A stretch of DNA of 56,683 bases, filler included, from Bipalium vagum (taxonomy: Eukaryota), in the NCBI GenBank assembly GCA_037834085.1. It is 2 parts of 2 records of this genome, joined end to end, with 100 filler letters (N's around TTAATTAATTAA, not from the genome) between each part and the next. Parts side by side here need not be neighbours in the genome. Positions count along the whole stretch, not along the records: positions 1 to 28,704 come from JBBMKC010047192.1; 1 more part is not named here. One strand, written 5' to 3'. Position numbers and translations under genes: made by a program. This document shows positions 1 to 12,800 of this stretch, piece by piece. The notes beneath the pieces were generated by a model. That model had not been told where the DNA came from and did no database searches. It saw only the letters and a program-made list of their open reading frames with translations. The stretch's first letter is position 1; the number at the start of each line of letters is the position of its first letter.

Positions 1-618
1 TTATTATTTACTTTATCATTATTTATTTTATTATTATAATAAATATATTGTCGATTGCTATATCATTTATCAGTTTTGATTTTTTATTTAATTTTTAAAA
101 CTCTATACGGGTCTGCCGATTAAATTAAATTTTTATTAATTTATTGATAGTGAAATATTGAAGAGAGAAAATATTAATAGTTTTTATTACCATTGTTAAT
201 TATTGTTCATTATTATTAATATCTATTATTTTATTTATTTATAAAAAATTAATATTAAATAACACTTACTAACACAAATTCATAATACAATCAAAATAAA
301 GAAAAGTCGTAAAATGTTCACTAATTAAATAAAATAAAAGTCATTAAAATGTTCGATGATACTGCCAGCCTTCCCCATAGCTCCTCATCTTTTCCTCTTC
401 TTAGTTGATGATTCCCACATTACCAAAATAAAACATACCTTTTATCTGGCAATTTTCCTGGAAAAATATAATTAATTTTGGCTGGCTTATATACTATTTT
501 ACTGTTCGATGTGGTGTCTCTGGATGGCCAGTTAAACTGTCAATAATGATGTACTTTCTAAATTTAATTATTTCTGAAAATAAAATAAATTTTTAAAAAA
601 AATTATAAATTTAAAAAT

Positions 619-686
619 ACATGCTAATATAATCATGCTACTATATACATGCTACTATATTCATGCTACTATATACATGCTACAAT
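619..686. repeat. Short tandem repeat, ~14-bp unit (CATGCTACTATATA) x ~5
   Basis: Directly visible repeated CATGCTA(C/A)TATA units. Confidence 0.85.
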
Positions 687-1333
687 AATTAAAAATCAGT
701 AGTTGATTCTAAAATAAATTAAATTTATTTAATTAATTTTAAATTAATAATTAATAATTAAAATACTTAATTTTAAATTAGCCAGCCTATTATTTAAATT
801 TTATTTTTCGCAAAAATTTTATTTACAGAACTTATAAGATGGGAGTCGAACCTCAACAATATTAACATCATATTTACATTATATTATTAATTTAGTTTTT
901 TCCTCTTATCTATTTATACTTTGGTTGTGAATTTTGACAATAAAAAATCATTATGAAAGTGAGCATTTGTTTTGTTTCATTAACAATTGGTTAAATGATA
1001 TCATTGTTATCGTTTGGACAATTTCTTATGTACAATATCATTGTAACTTGGACATTGTAGTTTTCAACTTGGTGATTGATGACATTGTTACTTAGGAGTT
1101 TATGAATTAACATTTTATTGTTCTATAAATATACGTTATTGCTTTAAGATATTTTTCCAAAATCCATTTTCAAGCAATTTTTTCAATTTATCAAATTCCA
1201 CTTCTAATGATTTTAAATTAATTATTATAAATATTAATTCCTAGGATTTTGTAATAATTTATAATAAAATATGTATTACATAAATTCTGTGATAAAGATA
1301 TTAATATTTAAATATATATAATTTTCTATTATA

Positions 1334-1546
1334 CAGTCGGCGCTCAGTTATTTGAACTCGTGGGGATTTCAAAAAAGTTCAAATTACTCAATTATTGAAA
1401 TAACTCAATTACAAATAAAATTTATTTTAAAACAAATCCATGATCTTCCAGCTTTGTTTGAATAGACATGTCTTCATTTTCCAAAAAATTATTCAAATAA
1501 CTGAAAGTTCAAATAACTAAGCGTTCAAATAACTGTGCGCCGACTG
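1334..1546. mobile_element. pogo/Tigger-type MITE (213 bp)
   Basis: TIRs CAGTCGGCGCTCAGTTATTTGAAC ... GTTCAAATAACTGTGCGCCGACTG (1 mismatch in 24 bp), TA target duplication on both sides, subterminal TTCAAATAACT repeats, no coding capacity. Confidence 0.9.
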
Positions 1547-1569
1547 TATGTATAATATATATTTATAAA

Positions 1570-3000
1570 TTAATGATCATAAATTATCACGAAGCAATCA
1601 CAAAATATCATCAGATCACCTATTTTTTCTATATATTGGAGCTCAAATTCATAGGATAAATAGTCGATGCACAATAGTGACAACTTTGAAAGTGGTGGAA
1701 ATTCGTAAAATATTAATATGCCACAGGCCACTACTTTCGGCGAAGATATATCCGGATCAATCATGACTATTTTAGATTACCAAAGGGGAGCATTTTCTCC
1801 GTGCCACAGGCTGAGACTTTCCGCGATGATGGCCGGATAAATGAAGAGGTGGGTTACATCCTCCATAAAATAGAATCATCTCTGGAATCAATGCGAAGAA
1901 AAAAAGAGATTTTATCAAATTGTAATACATTCTTCAATGTAAATAATGATTTTGTTAATAATTTTGAAACTTTTTTAAACACATAATGTGAAGCATTTTT
2001 ATCTAATATCTGTGAGACTTCTTTTATGGATATATATTGTCCTATCTGTACTGAGAAACAAATTGTCTCATTCTTGAATACATATATAGCTTATTTTCCT
2101 ATTTATCAGCCTGGCCTTGCTGAATGAAGACTTTGATTTAAGGGCTTCAATAAAAATCAAATTAATAATTGCGCTAATGAAAGAACCAATGTGTTTAGTT
2201 TTGTCTCTGAAAATATAGTAGATACTGCTGATAAGGATAATAATGATTGGTTGGTTTTTTCTGTTCAAGAAACTATTACTCAGGTTCCTGTTGAAAAAAA
2301 ATCATGAAAGTGCATCTGGCGAATTAATAGTTCTATTGAAAATACTACGTCAATTGCAAAACGAACCAGACTGATTCGAATTGCCAACTTGTGTCTTCAC
2401 CTGTCTGCACAGTCTCCAATTTAATTGATTTGACAGGTGTAAATAGCACTGAAAATGAGGAGATTATTGAACATGGTTACCGATCTTTCCAGTGTAATTC
2501 TTTGTTTACCAATCTTGATATTCACAGGTATTTGTCTGAATTTTTTTCGAATAAAAAATTTATTTGTTTAAACCCTCTCATTGTTTTCGGTCTTTCAAAT
2601 AGCAACCAATCTTAACCAAGACTTTGCTCTGGATCTTTTTTTGCTAATAGATTGTTTTTTCCTTTGAATATTTTAAATAAACATTGGATTGCTTTCGCTT
2701 ATTGCAAGAATCTTTTAATTTCTTTTTATTATATTATCCACTTCCAGCTCCGTTTATGCTTGGTTATGTACAAAAACAGATTCTTGTTTTAAATCCTGCC
2801 TTAAGCATTGCTTTCCAAATTTATATCAAAATTACTGATCGTCAACTGAAAGTAAATAAACAAGACAATGATTACAATTGTGGACCATTTAATAGTGCAT
2901 TTTATTAATTGACCAGTAAAGATTTTGAAGCTGATACTTTGGTTATCTCTCGTAAACTCATTAGTGAAATCCGGGAAAACCTTTCAAAATTCACATTTCT
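1570..3000 (+). pseudogene. Decayed ORF ending in a Ulp1/SENP-like (peptidase C48) cysteine protease domain, probably TE-borne
   Basis: Frameshifted translation gives RLFFPLNILNKHWIAF (catalytic His codon 2682-2684) and KVNKQDNDYNCGPF (Q-x-N-x-x-[D/N]-C-G, Cys 2879-2881). Several stops and frameshifts. Confidence 0.65.
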
Positions 3001-3324
3001 CTCAATGCGATGCCCCACCTTTTCGATCATGGCAATATTAATTATAAAGAGTGATTCGAAGAATTAGTCTATTTGAATTTTTTTAAATAAGCACCTCACG
3101 CCTTAATTAACAATTATTAAATGTTTTTAATTAAAGTTTTTAAAATTTATAATGTTATGTTTTTTAAATTTTTCAATAAATATTTTAAATAAATGTTGGT
3201 TAATTTTTAAAAAGTAAATAATTTAATTTTAATAAAAGGTGAGGTCCAAGTTTGAAATGTTTGTTTGGTTAATCAGATTTAATGAAATATATTATTGCTT
3301 CGACTTTGAATTTATTATTTAAAA

Positions 3325-3790
3325 ATGACTACACAAGAATATAACTTTGATAATGTAAATTATAATGATGATGAAAGGTTCAATAAAATTCCAACTTAAA
3401 TTTCAATAAAATCCCTGTCGGTTGCCTTGGATCATAACAGAAGCGAAATGGAAATACGGAAAAGTCTACAGTTTCCTAAATGCCAAATAACGAAAATCTG
3501 CAAATTTTGTGGTGCTTTAAATATAAAATGGAGTGCTGCGTAATGATAATTTCACAGAGGTTTTGGAAAATCATCAGTGAACTTCTCCCACCTCCTTGAA
3601 ATTGAAGATGAAAATCTTAATGACGATAAAAATCAATGCTTGTCTAATAATACTGATGAAAATCTTCACGACTGCATTGACAAACTGGTCTATAATGAAG
3701 GTGAAAGAAAGCCATAATATGCGTACTTTTATGTACATAAGATTAAATTCGTGGAAGAAAAAACGTGTTTTTGAAATCAATTTTTGTACG
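3325..3790 (+). mobile_element. Possible Helitron RepHel N-terminal relic
   Basis: Frameshifted motifs KICKFCGAL(K)YKMECC, ELLPPP and EGERKP*YAYFYVH resemble the Helitron CxxCxAxxxxxE..CC and PxYAQLYIYD motifs. Heavily decayed. Confidence 0.35.
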
Positions 3791-4349
3791 TTCGAATCCC
3801 GTTATCTCCAATTAATTTTCAACAACAATTATTATTATTAATTATCAATAATAAATTATTTGACTTTAATTTTAATATTCGAAAGTTTTATTAATTATTT
3901 TTGATTTTAATTTGATTTGTCATATCTATCTCTTTTATTTTTCATTAAAACTTTTGAATATATGGTAAGGATTACGTCTTCCAGGTAAAATTTAAAATCC
4001 ATAACAGTATTTCCTCCCTCATTAAAATTTTATCACGTTTTTTCTTTAATTTGATTATTTAATTTTTTTTGGATAGTACACTTTTGCCTTATAACTTTTC
4101 ATATTTAATCCTTTTTTATTTATTTAACTCTTTGCTAGACAATCTTCTCACGGTTGTGAGAATCATCACTTCTTTTCTTCTTAAATTTAACAACTACTGT
4201 ATCCTGGAGATAAAATTATTGTAAAACGGATATCGGTAACCCTGGACGGTGTCAAACATTTTGTTCAAGTGTAATATAAAAAATTGTCATTTTCATAATA
4301 TAACCTTTTAAGAGTAAAAATTTTCATATTTATACAAGGAAGTTTGTTT

Positions 4350-5306
4350 TTAACATTTATATGCTATCTTAATCATTTGCAAATCGTTGGCAGTCATAAA
4401 AAAATTTGGAGGAATAATTTCTCCATCAATTTTCAAGATAGTCTTCAATTCTTCCTGGCAGCTGAATGCTGAGCTTGAATAGTGCATGATGCTGGTTGTT
4501 TCATAAGGTATATCCAAAGAGCATCCTTCACAAATTTCAAAATTGTAGCATTCTGAAATAAATTAAAAATGGTCTTCCTTTATCAAATTTATTTATCAAC
4601 TATAAAGTTTTCACCATCTTTTTGGATATTTTGCCAGTTTATTGTGACATATCTGTCTCTATCACTTCTCATATGGGTATGTATGAATCCCAGAACGTGC
4701 ATAAATTCGTGCTTTATCTTACCCATGATTGCCAAACATGAAGATTTCCCAAAATTTACTTCTTGTTTCGGACCTCCAAGATATCCAATTTGTGAATAAC
4801 AATCGTTGCCTATGCTATTTATTTCAACGTAATGGCTACTTATGGATTGTTTGAATTTAATACATCCTCCCAAATCTCTTTCTAATTCATACAATGCCTC
4901 CAGAACAACTGGTTTTCTGTTCTCAGCTGAACAAATAATATTTTTTATAAAGAAGAACCAATACATGGCCAAACTAACGAAATGTTTCACCAAATGCATA
5001 CAAAACCTCTCCTTTTGGCCATCTTTTAATCTTAGTCTCATTACCTTTGTACTAAACAATCATCAATTAACTAGAAGTTTCATAATTTTTTTAAACCCCT
5101 CGAAGTTCAATGAGACTTCTTTTGTCAAGAATCATATCACCCATCTTCCAATTATATTGATGACGTCTTCTTAACATCTAATGAAACACCACAATTGAGA
5201 ACAATCAAAAGTCATAATAAAATCATACCCGTTGAAATGAGCATCCACACTGACCTGAGACAACACTCAGTGTGGTCATTAGTAAAAAGAAAAGAAGATT
5301 TTGCAT
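4350..5306 (-). CDS. Secreted astacin-family (M12A) zinc metalloprotease, ~248 aa, 5 exons (5306-5229, 5177-5097, 5051-4979, 4926-4615, 4552-4350)
   Basis: Signal peptide MQNLLFFLLMTTLSVVSG, prodomain GDMIL (Asp-switch-like), RWPKGEVLY domain start, HEFMHVLGFIHTHMRSDRD zinc motif, SIMHY Met-turn, terminal YKC*. Four GT-AG introns of 45-62 nt, all phases consistent. Confidence 0.93.
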
Positions 5307-6845
5307 ATTTTCGGTATAAAGAAATATAGGTTTCAGAAGATGTTTCAGGTAATGTGGAAAAAATATAAATGCTTTCAGTTTATTTAAAATATAGGTTCAG
5401 ATTGTTTATTTAATTTGTTTATTTTCGTTAGGCAAATAACAGGCTTGTTTTAATGGATTAAAAAAGAAATATTGAAATTATTATTGTTTGATTATGATTA
5501 TTATTAGTGAGTAAAATAAAATTATAGATTATTGTATTTTTCAAGCCTTTTCTGACAACTACATATAAATATTACCACTATTAATGAAAAATTGATATAA
5601 TAGATATTTTTCTGATTTTATTAATTTCTTTAATATCTGCTCTATAATATTCTTTATAAAGTGTGATCAAGGACTTAGAAAGGAATAGTTCTCTAATGAT
5701 TAATAAATATTGATCAGTAATGTTATATTTTCTACCTTTCCTATACTTCAATTTGTGGGTTAATGTAGTCAAAAATTCTGAAAATGTGATATCATAATTG
5801 AAGCATTTTGTGATCCGACCTCAATACAGTCTTCTGAACAATGGGTTGATTGTAGAAGTAATACATTATTAGTAATTTCTTTCGTTTAATGAAAACCAAT
5901 ATTTGTTATTTATTTGGTTAATTAATCATTATAGTTCGACAAAACTTCGAAAATAGTTATATTATCATAAATTATATTGTTTATCTTATGATTTTGTTAC
6001 TTTTACAGTAACATGTAACCTTAAGCTCTTCCTGACCCCTAAGCTAAATTGATCAAATATTTTAACTTTATTGTGATTCATTTTAAGTTAAAATCAGTTC
6101 AATAGTTTATGTTAAAATAATTTTTTTAACAAATATTGCCCTGAATTAAGAAATATTTTAAAAAATAATATTTGCTTGATTTATATTTTGTGTAAAATGT
6201 ATCGTAATCATTAAAGTACCTTTTAACGAATATACATCACCTTGAAATTAAAAATTTAATTATTAATTAATTAATTTACTATATACCCTGTGAAAAATTG
6301 AAAATAACAAAAATATCAGTTTAACAAATTTAACTAATCAAAAGCTCAATTCTGATTGGTCAATTTCTTCAATTTTTTCCACACATTTACTTAATCTGCT
6401 TCATGTGTATTTTTAAGTTTGCTCTAAATAGTATTGGTTAAGTTTTGAATTTCAAATTGAATTTTTTTACATCATGACTTAAAAAGATATATTTTACAAA
6501 CTTTATAAATAAATGTTTTTACCTTTTTATTTTTACAGAAATTCAATTTATTAAACATTAAACGTGGAAATAAATAAATTTTCATTTTAATTATGAATTG
6601 AAAATACAGTTGAACTAAAATAGAAAAAAGAAAATATATAAAATAGCAGATCACATTTAATAACACGAATTATTAAAAAAGAACATCGTTACACATATTG
6701 ACGATAATTTAAAAAGAATTTTTAGTAATGTTATAAGAAAATTGATATTTTGGAAAAATAGGTATACATTAAAATAATCTCAGAAATAAATTTTATTTAT
6801 AAATTTACAAAAATACAAACTTTCTGAAATCTGTAATAAAATAAA

Positions 6846-9800
6846 CTATATGGCAGTACCTGGTTTATTATATTTATCGTTATAAAATTGATAGAGAGAT
6901 ATTAAATAATTGTTTCTACTGATTATAAGGGGTATTAAAATTATACTTGAAGTAATAATTCCGAATCCCGAAAAGAAAAATCCCACGTCATAAGATTCGG
7001 TAAAGTCTCTTAAAAATCCTGAAAGGATGGTTAATTTAAATTGTGTAATTTTTTCAAATATATTAAACCACTTATTCCTGGCCCAATAAGACAACCAATA
7101 CCTTGGCCAAACAAAACCATTCCGTAAGTACTGGTTAACTGTTCCAAACCAAATGTATCAACTAATACCACGGAGCATAAGCTGAAATTCGCAGATATTG
7201 TATATCCAAATACTAAACTGTAAATTATATATCCATTGTAATAATATTTATAAAATGGGAGAATTAAACAACAGACTCCAGCTATGAGTAAAGTAAAAGT
7301 ATACAATGTGATACTTTGAATACAGTACAAGTCTCCTAGAAATCCAAGGCTCAACTGTCCGACACAGTTACCAATGCCTAGTAATAGTGGATAATGTGTA
7401 CTTTCCAGAAGAATATTTTCATAAGAATAATATGGTAAGTTATTGTACGCAATCGGAAAACTATAGGATATTAATTGTGATATTATAGCAACTGAAGGTA
7501 CTTGTAAAAATAAATAACAATAACTGTTAAGATAGTACAATAGTTATAAATATTGAATGATTTTCTGAAAATGTTTAGATAATATAAATGTTGTGTTTAC
7601 CCAAGACACCTATCAAGTAAGTGATATTGAAAAGGACCACGAAAATGGTGCATGTAATAATAATAAAAAATAATAATTAGAAAGTAATTTTATTTTATAA
7701 GGGGTAATTTTAAAATAATTATAATAATTACAAAAGGAAGATAAAAAGAAAGGGGGAAATTTTAAGGAATTTTAGGGGTTTTAAATATGTTTATAGATTT
7801 TTGAGATTTTTTCAAGAATAATATTCAAATTAAGATCAAAATGAGAAAAGTTAATAGTCAACAGCTCAATGAATTGTAATCACTGTATGTCAGCACTCAA
7901 ATATGACACCCACCGTTTTCCATATACACACCAAATTACTCATTTCACTACTCCACAAATAAAGAACTAATATCGGAAATGTGAAATATAATATTTTCAG
8001 TATTTTATATTTAATATAAGATATTAAAATAAAAGTATAAAATTTAATTGGTGGTACTTAATTAAACAAAATTATTCAAAGAGAATTAAATACAACAAGT
8101 TAAATTAAATGAATTACAATAGGAACAACAGAAGGAATAAAGTTAAATGTTATAATAACTACACAGACCATCTACATCTTCCGGGTTTAAAAACCAAAGA
8201 TATAAAACCAATATATAAGTAAGTTGTTTTAAGTGGTAAGCTTTAGTTGGAAATAGCTACGACTTTTTTGAAAAAAATGTATTATCAAGTAGAATTCTGA
8301 AGCATCATACGGTTTTTGCAGTTGAAGAAGACAGAAAATAATGAAATTATTTTTCAACTTAAGAAAACATATGAAAATGAAACCATGCAAGGCAATTGTA
8401 TACAATTGAATCCTAGAGTTTTCCTGCGATAGGAAAAATGTGTTTGACGAAGAAAAAAGTAGACGACCTATAGAAATTGGAGAACAAAAATTAGAAAAAT
8501 TAATAATCTTCAAAGATCAGAGGCGAATTACTTAGAGAGAGATTTCAACTAAACTTATTTTAAGCAAGAAGACTGTGCAAAACATGGTAGAAAGTATTGG
8601 AGTCAGAAAATTATGTAACTGATTTGTCCCACAACTTCTGATAGCGGAGATGTGACAAAAGCGAATGAAAGTGTGCCAAGAAAATCTGGATCTATTTTAT
8701 TTTCTTGGACAGTTTTTTGAAGAATATTGTAACAGAGAACAAGATCCCATTGAGTGTTTACATTCCATACTGTGTGTGAGTCCTGAGGAAAAGGCAGAAA
8801 ACATGCTTCGTTCAGGGACATCTCACTGGAAATGTCTGACTCTCAGTGTATTTTGGGATGCAAAAGGTGTGATCAAAATTGACTTTGTCCAATGAAAAAT
8901 TGACTCTCACTACTACTTTGCACTGCTTAGTGATTCGATAAAGCTGAGACGGATGCCAAATAATCAACACCTATTTCTCTTCATGGATAATGCTCCAGTT
9001 CATACAACTAACATTAAAACCGAACTGTTATAAGGGAAAAAAGGTTTTGTGCTGGTTTCACATCTACCTTATAGCCCTGATTTGGCTTCAAGTGATTTTT
9101 TCTTGTTTCATCAAGTAAAAAAAAATCTACGAGATCAGAGAATTGAGTCTAAAGATGATCTCATACGAAATAGATTTTTTCAATGAAAAGCCTACTACTT
9201 TCTTTGAAAATGGTCTCTTTTCTGTGATAAATCGATGAAAAAATACCCGGAGACGAAGGTAAGTTATACAGAAAAGTGATCAAATTTATTTACCTATGTA
9301 GTTTAGTTGTCATAAATACAAATTTTCATCTTATTAGTGTTTTTATTTATGTACGAGTCTAAGGACTTTTTATCCACACCACCGAGCTTATAAAATAATA
9401 AATCTTTAATCTTTAAATAACGTATTATATTTTAAATGCTATTTATAAAATTTAAAACTAATATTTAATATTTTAATATTTGTATTAATGTAAATAATTT
9501 AAATAATAGAAGGTAATCATTTGATAATTTATATATAATTAAATTTTAAATTATTATAATATTTACCACTTCCTTTTATGATTTTTATGATTTTAAAGAA
9601 ATATTTATTTAATACATTACTTGATTTAAAATTTTAAATTTTGTGATCAGAAAATTAAAGATTTTAAAATATTTTTAGTTCATTTAATTAATAAAATTGA
9701 AATAAAAATAAGTAAAAATTAATAAAAGAAAAATTTAGAATTAGGAATGGAGCTGATAAAGACACAATTAACTTTTAACACTGAAATTTGGCTAATTAAA

Positions 9801-12800
9801 AGAATGAAAAAACCTTGTTAGGAGTGTATTTTATTTGTATATCTTTAAATTTAATTATTTCAGCCATCACAAATATGAATATTCAAACTAACTCAAATTT
9901 TTTAATCACAAGAATACTATATTATTAATATTTTATGAAATTATTATATATTATATTATAAAATAGTATTATAAAAATACTTATAATTAATTTATTATTA
10001 ATTATTATATTTATTTAAATTATTATTTTAAAATATAAATTAAAAGTTTATATGTTCTGATCGTACATTTTGTAAAATTAATTTTATTTTTATATTTCAT
10101 CTAGTTAATTAAAATATGGTTGTTTTAAATTAAAAATAAACTAAAATATTTATAATAAGATTAAAGATAATTAAATATATAAAATAATTATATGATAAGA
10201 TTTTAATTTATAAACAATAAAATTTATATTTTCTCATTTCCTTCTCTTAAATTTATTTCTCGACAAGTTTTTGAGTTCATTTCTAATAATTCAGTAAGCG
10301 AGTTTCTGCAAATTACTACAAGAAAGTCGGCAATTCTAAATAAATATTGAAGAAAATTTTTCATTAATCTTGAAACAATGAAATAAATTATCAGACAAAT
10401 TAATTAAATGAATTTTTTTCAAAGAATTATAATTGATTATGTAACTAAACTAAATAATCAAATAAAAAAATATTTACCAGGCGTATAACATGAAATTACT
10501 TATCACTAATCCGCAAAAGGTCCATTTTCTTAATAAATTTAAATCGAATATGCCACATAGAAATAACCAAAATTGCATAAAAATATTCTCCTTTTTTTTG
10601 TTTTTTAATAATTTCAGGTAGTCTAAAATACAATTATAGTGAAAAATTGATTGAATAATTCCTTATACAGTCGTGGCCATAATTCATCGGCCACCTTCAA
10701 TTTTATGAAATAGTTTTAAAAATCATTTCGTTACAAAAGATTTATTATGAAAATATGTTCATGGTAACTTCGTTAACCCAAACAAGCTTAAATATTTCAA
10801 TTAAATATAAGTATTACGTAGGATTATCCAGTGAGATTTTTTGTTTTAGAACTTTCCAGCAGTTATCAATGGGCGATAGGTATGGAGAGTATAAGGAGTG
10901 GTTTGAAATATTGTTTTCAATGAATTTTTAAAATAGAGACCTCATTTATAGTAAAATATATTTAACTTCGTAATAAAGATTTTTTAAATTTAAATACGGA
11001 TCCATTAAGAAATGGAGATGATATCGGATCTTTCATAAGACGATGCCAACGATATTTCGACATAAAGGAAACGCCAATAAAGAAGAGAGGAACAGCAATT
11101 TATGCATTGCTGCACGAAGAATTATGGGAAGCGTACGATGAAACATCGGGGAAAGCAATCGGATTCGAAGCCAGGACCAGACTATTATTTGAAAAAGAAA
11201 AGAAATACCGTGGACGACTTGGAAGAACTGATTGCATATAGAAGAGGTAATGAAGAAATTGAGTCATTTTTCAGAAAGGTAAGATCACTAGTTGAGAAAG
11301 CACTTGCACAAGATCTAACCATTGAGGCTCTCTTTTGATACAATGTATAGGAGATGAGGAGGTCACACGAGAAATCAAAATTCTCAAGTTGGAGAAAGGA
11401 AGTGAAATCAAGGTTTGAATCCCGGTATCTCCGATTAATTTTTCAACTAACATGGCGACCACACCAGGACACCAACCAGCGGACAAGGTCTCGAAAGTGA
11501 AAAAGGAATGGAAAGAAAATTGAAGTTCACAAAATCCAGCGTTCACAATTTAGCATTTCAGTTTAGTAACACATCTTAACAAATCAAATATTCAAAAAGA
11601 AAATGAAATAAAAAAGCCACAAAAACCAGAATAAACCAAAACGCAGTGAGCGGAAGACATTTATCGCAAAAACAAGAGCCCGAAATTGTACTCCAATATT
11701 TTAGCCGGCTGTGATGGATATTTGATGATGGAGGACGAAACAAATTTGTTATTATAATACCCCATTAAAGTAACTTTCGCTCGTCAATCAGTAACTCCTC
11801 ACTTATCAATGTTGTGATCGTTATTCTATTGTCTCTTCATAAAGTGAATCAAAACTACATAATAAAACTTTATCCTCTCTCTATGTGAATCAAAACCTCC
11901 AGCAATAATTCTTTATCCGCACCCAAAAACTGAATCAAAACACTCACAACAAAACTTTATTTAAAACACGAAAACAGTCCGACACTCTCGTCATAATAAG
12001 AACTTCGCTCCAATAAATGATTATCACAAACAATAACAGAATAGTTCCCAATGTCAAAAAACCAATGTCGTTTAAATCAACTTGTAAAAAAATATAATTA
12101 ATAGTCGAAACCAAATGTAAAAAAATGAACAATAATAGTATAATTAAATAATTCTACGATAAATGTTAGGAGAATGATCACCAAAAGAATATAAAGAAAT
12201 AAACAAGTAAAAATAATAAATGTAACGGTGTTACCGGGAGCGACAAGGGGTTCCCGGGTTGTCCTCTAGGTCCTTAGCAGGTCACCCAGGAGTTCCCAAA
12301 CTCAATGGGTCCCCTTGATAAATCCTCTTGCATTGTCATTGACAGAGTAAAAATCAAAACTGGAAACTGGAATAATTGGAATAAAATCTTTTTCCATGTT
12401 GACAATTGAAATAAAATCTTCTTCGACTTTCGACGTTTGCTGGGAAAATTTCTGGGAATAGTCGTCTCTTTATATAGTAGTAGAGATTGGACTACGATCA
12501 CCAATCCCTACGTTTTGAGACTGCTCAATCTCAATTCCATCAATATCCCATTATTTCTAACTTTGTCTCTTCGCCGAGATAAAGTTAGATAGAGGGATTA
12601 ATTACTCCGACGACGGAGTTTATTGTTACTATATATCGAAGTATTATTATTATTGCCATCGGGTTTTGTGCCTTTGGCCAATCCAACATATTTCAGAACA
12701 GCAGTATTACTGTATGCTTGAAAACAGAAATGTGGAAGACAGGTAAAACAAATAGGTTGAAAAGTACCACAAGAAGTGCGTCATCTGGTAAGCGTTATGC

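Noticed and set aside
619-686. Tandem repeat considered as a CRISPR-like array
   Set aside because: Head-to-tail 14-mers with no unique spacers, eukaryotic context and no cas genes.
980-1020. INNWLNDIIV resembling the Ulp1 WLND motif
   Set aside because: About 1.7 kb from the His/Cys motifs, too far to belong to the same domain; probably chance or an unrelated relic.
4569-5174. Plus-strand ORFs 4569-4799 and 4842-5174
   Set aside because: Antisense shadows of the astacin exons.
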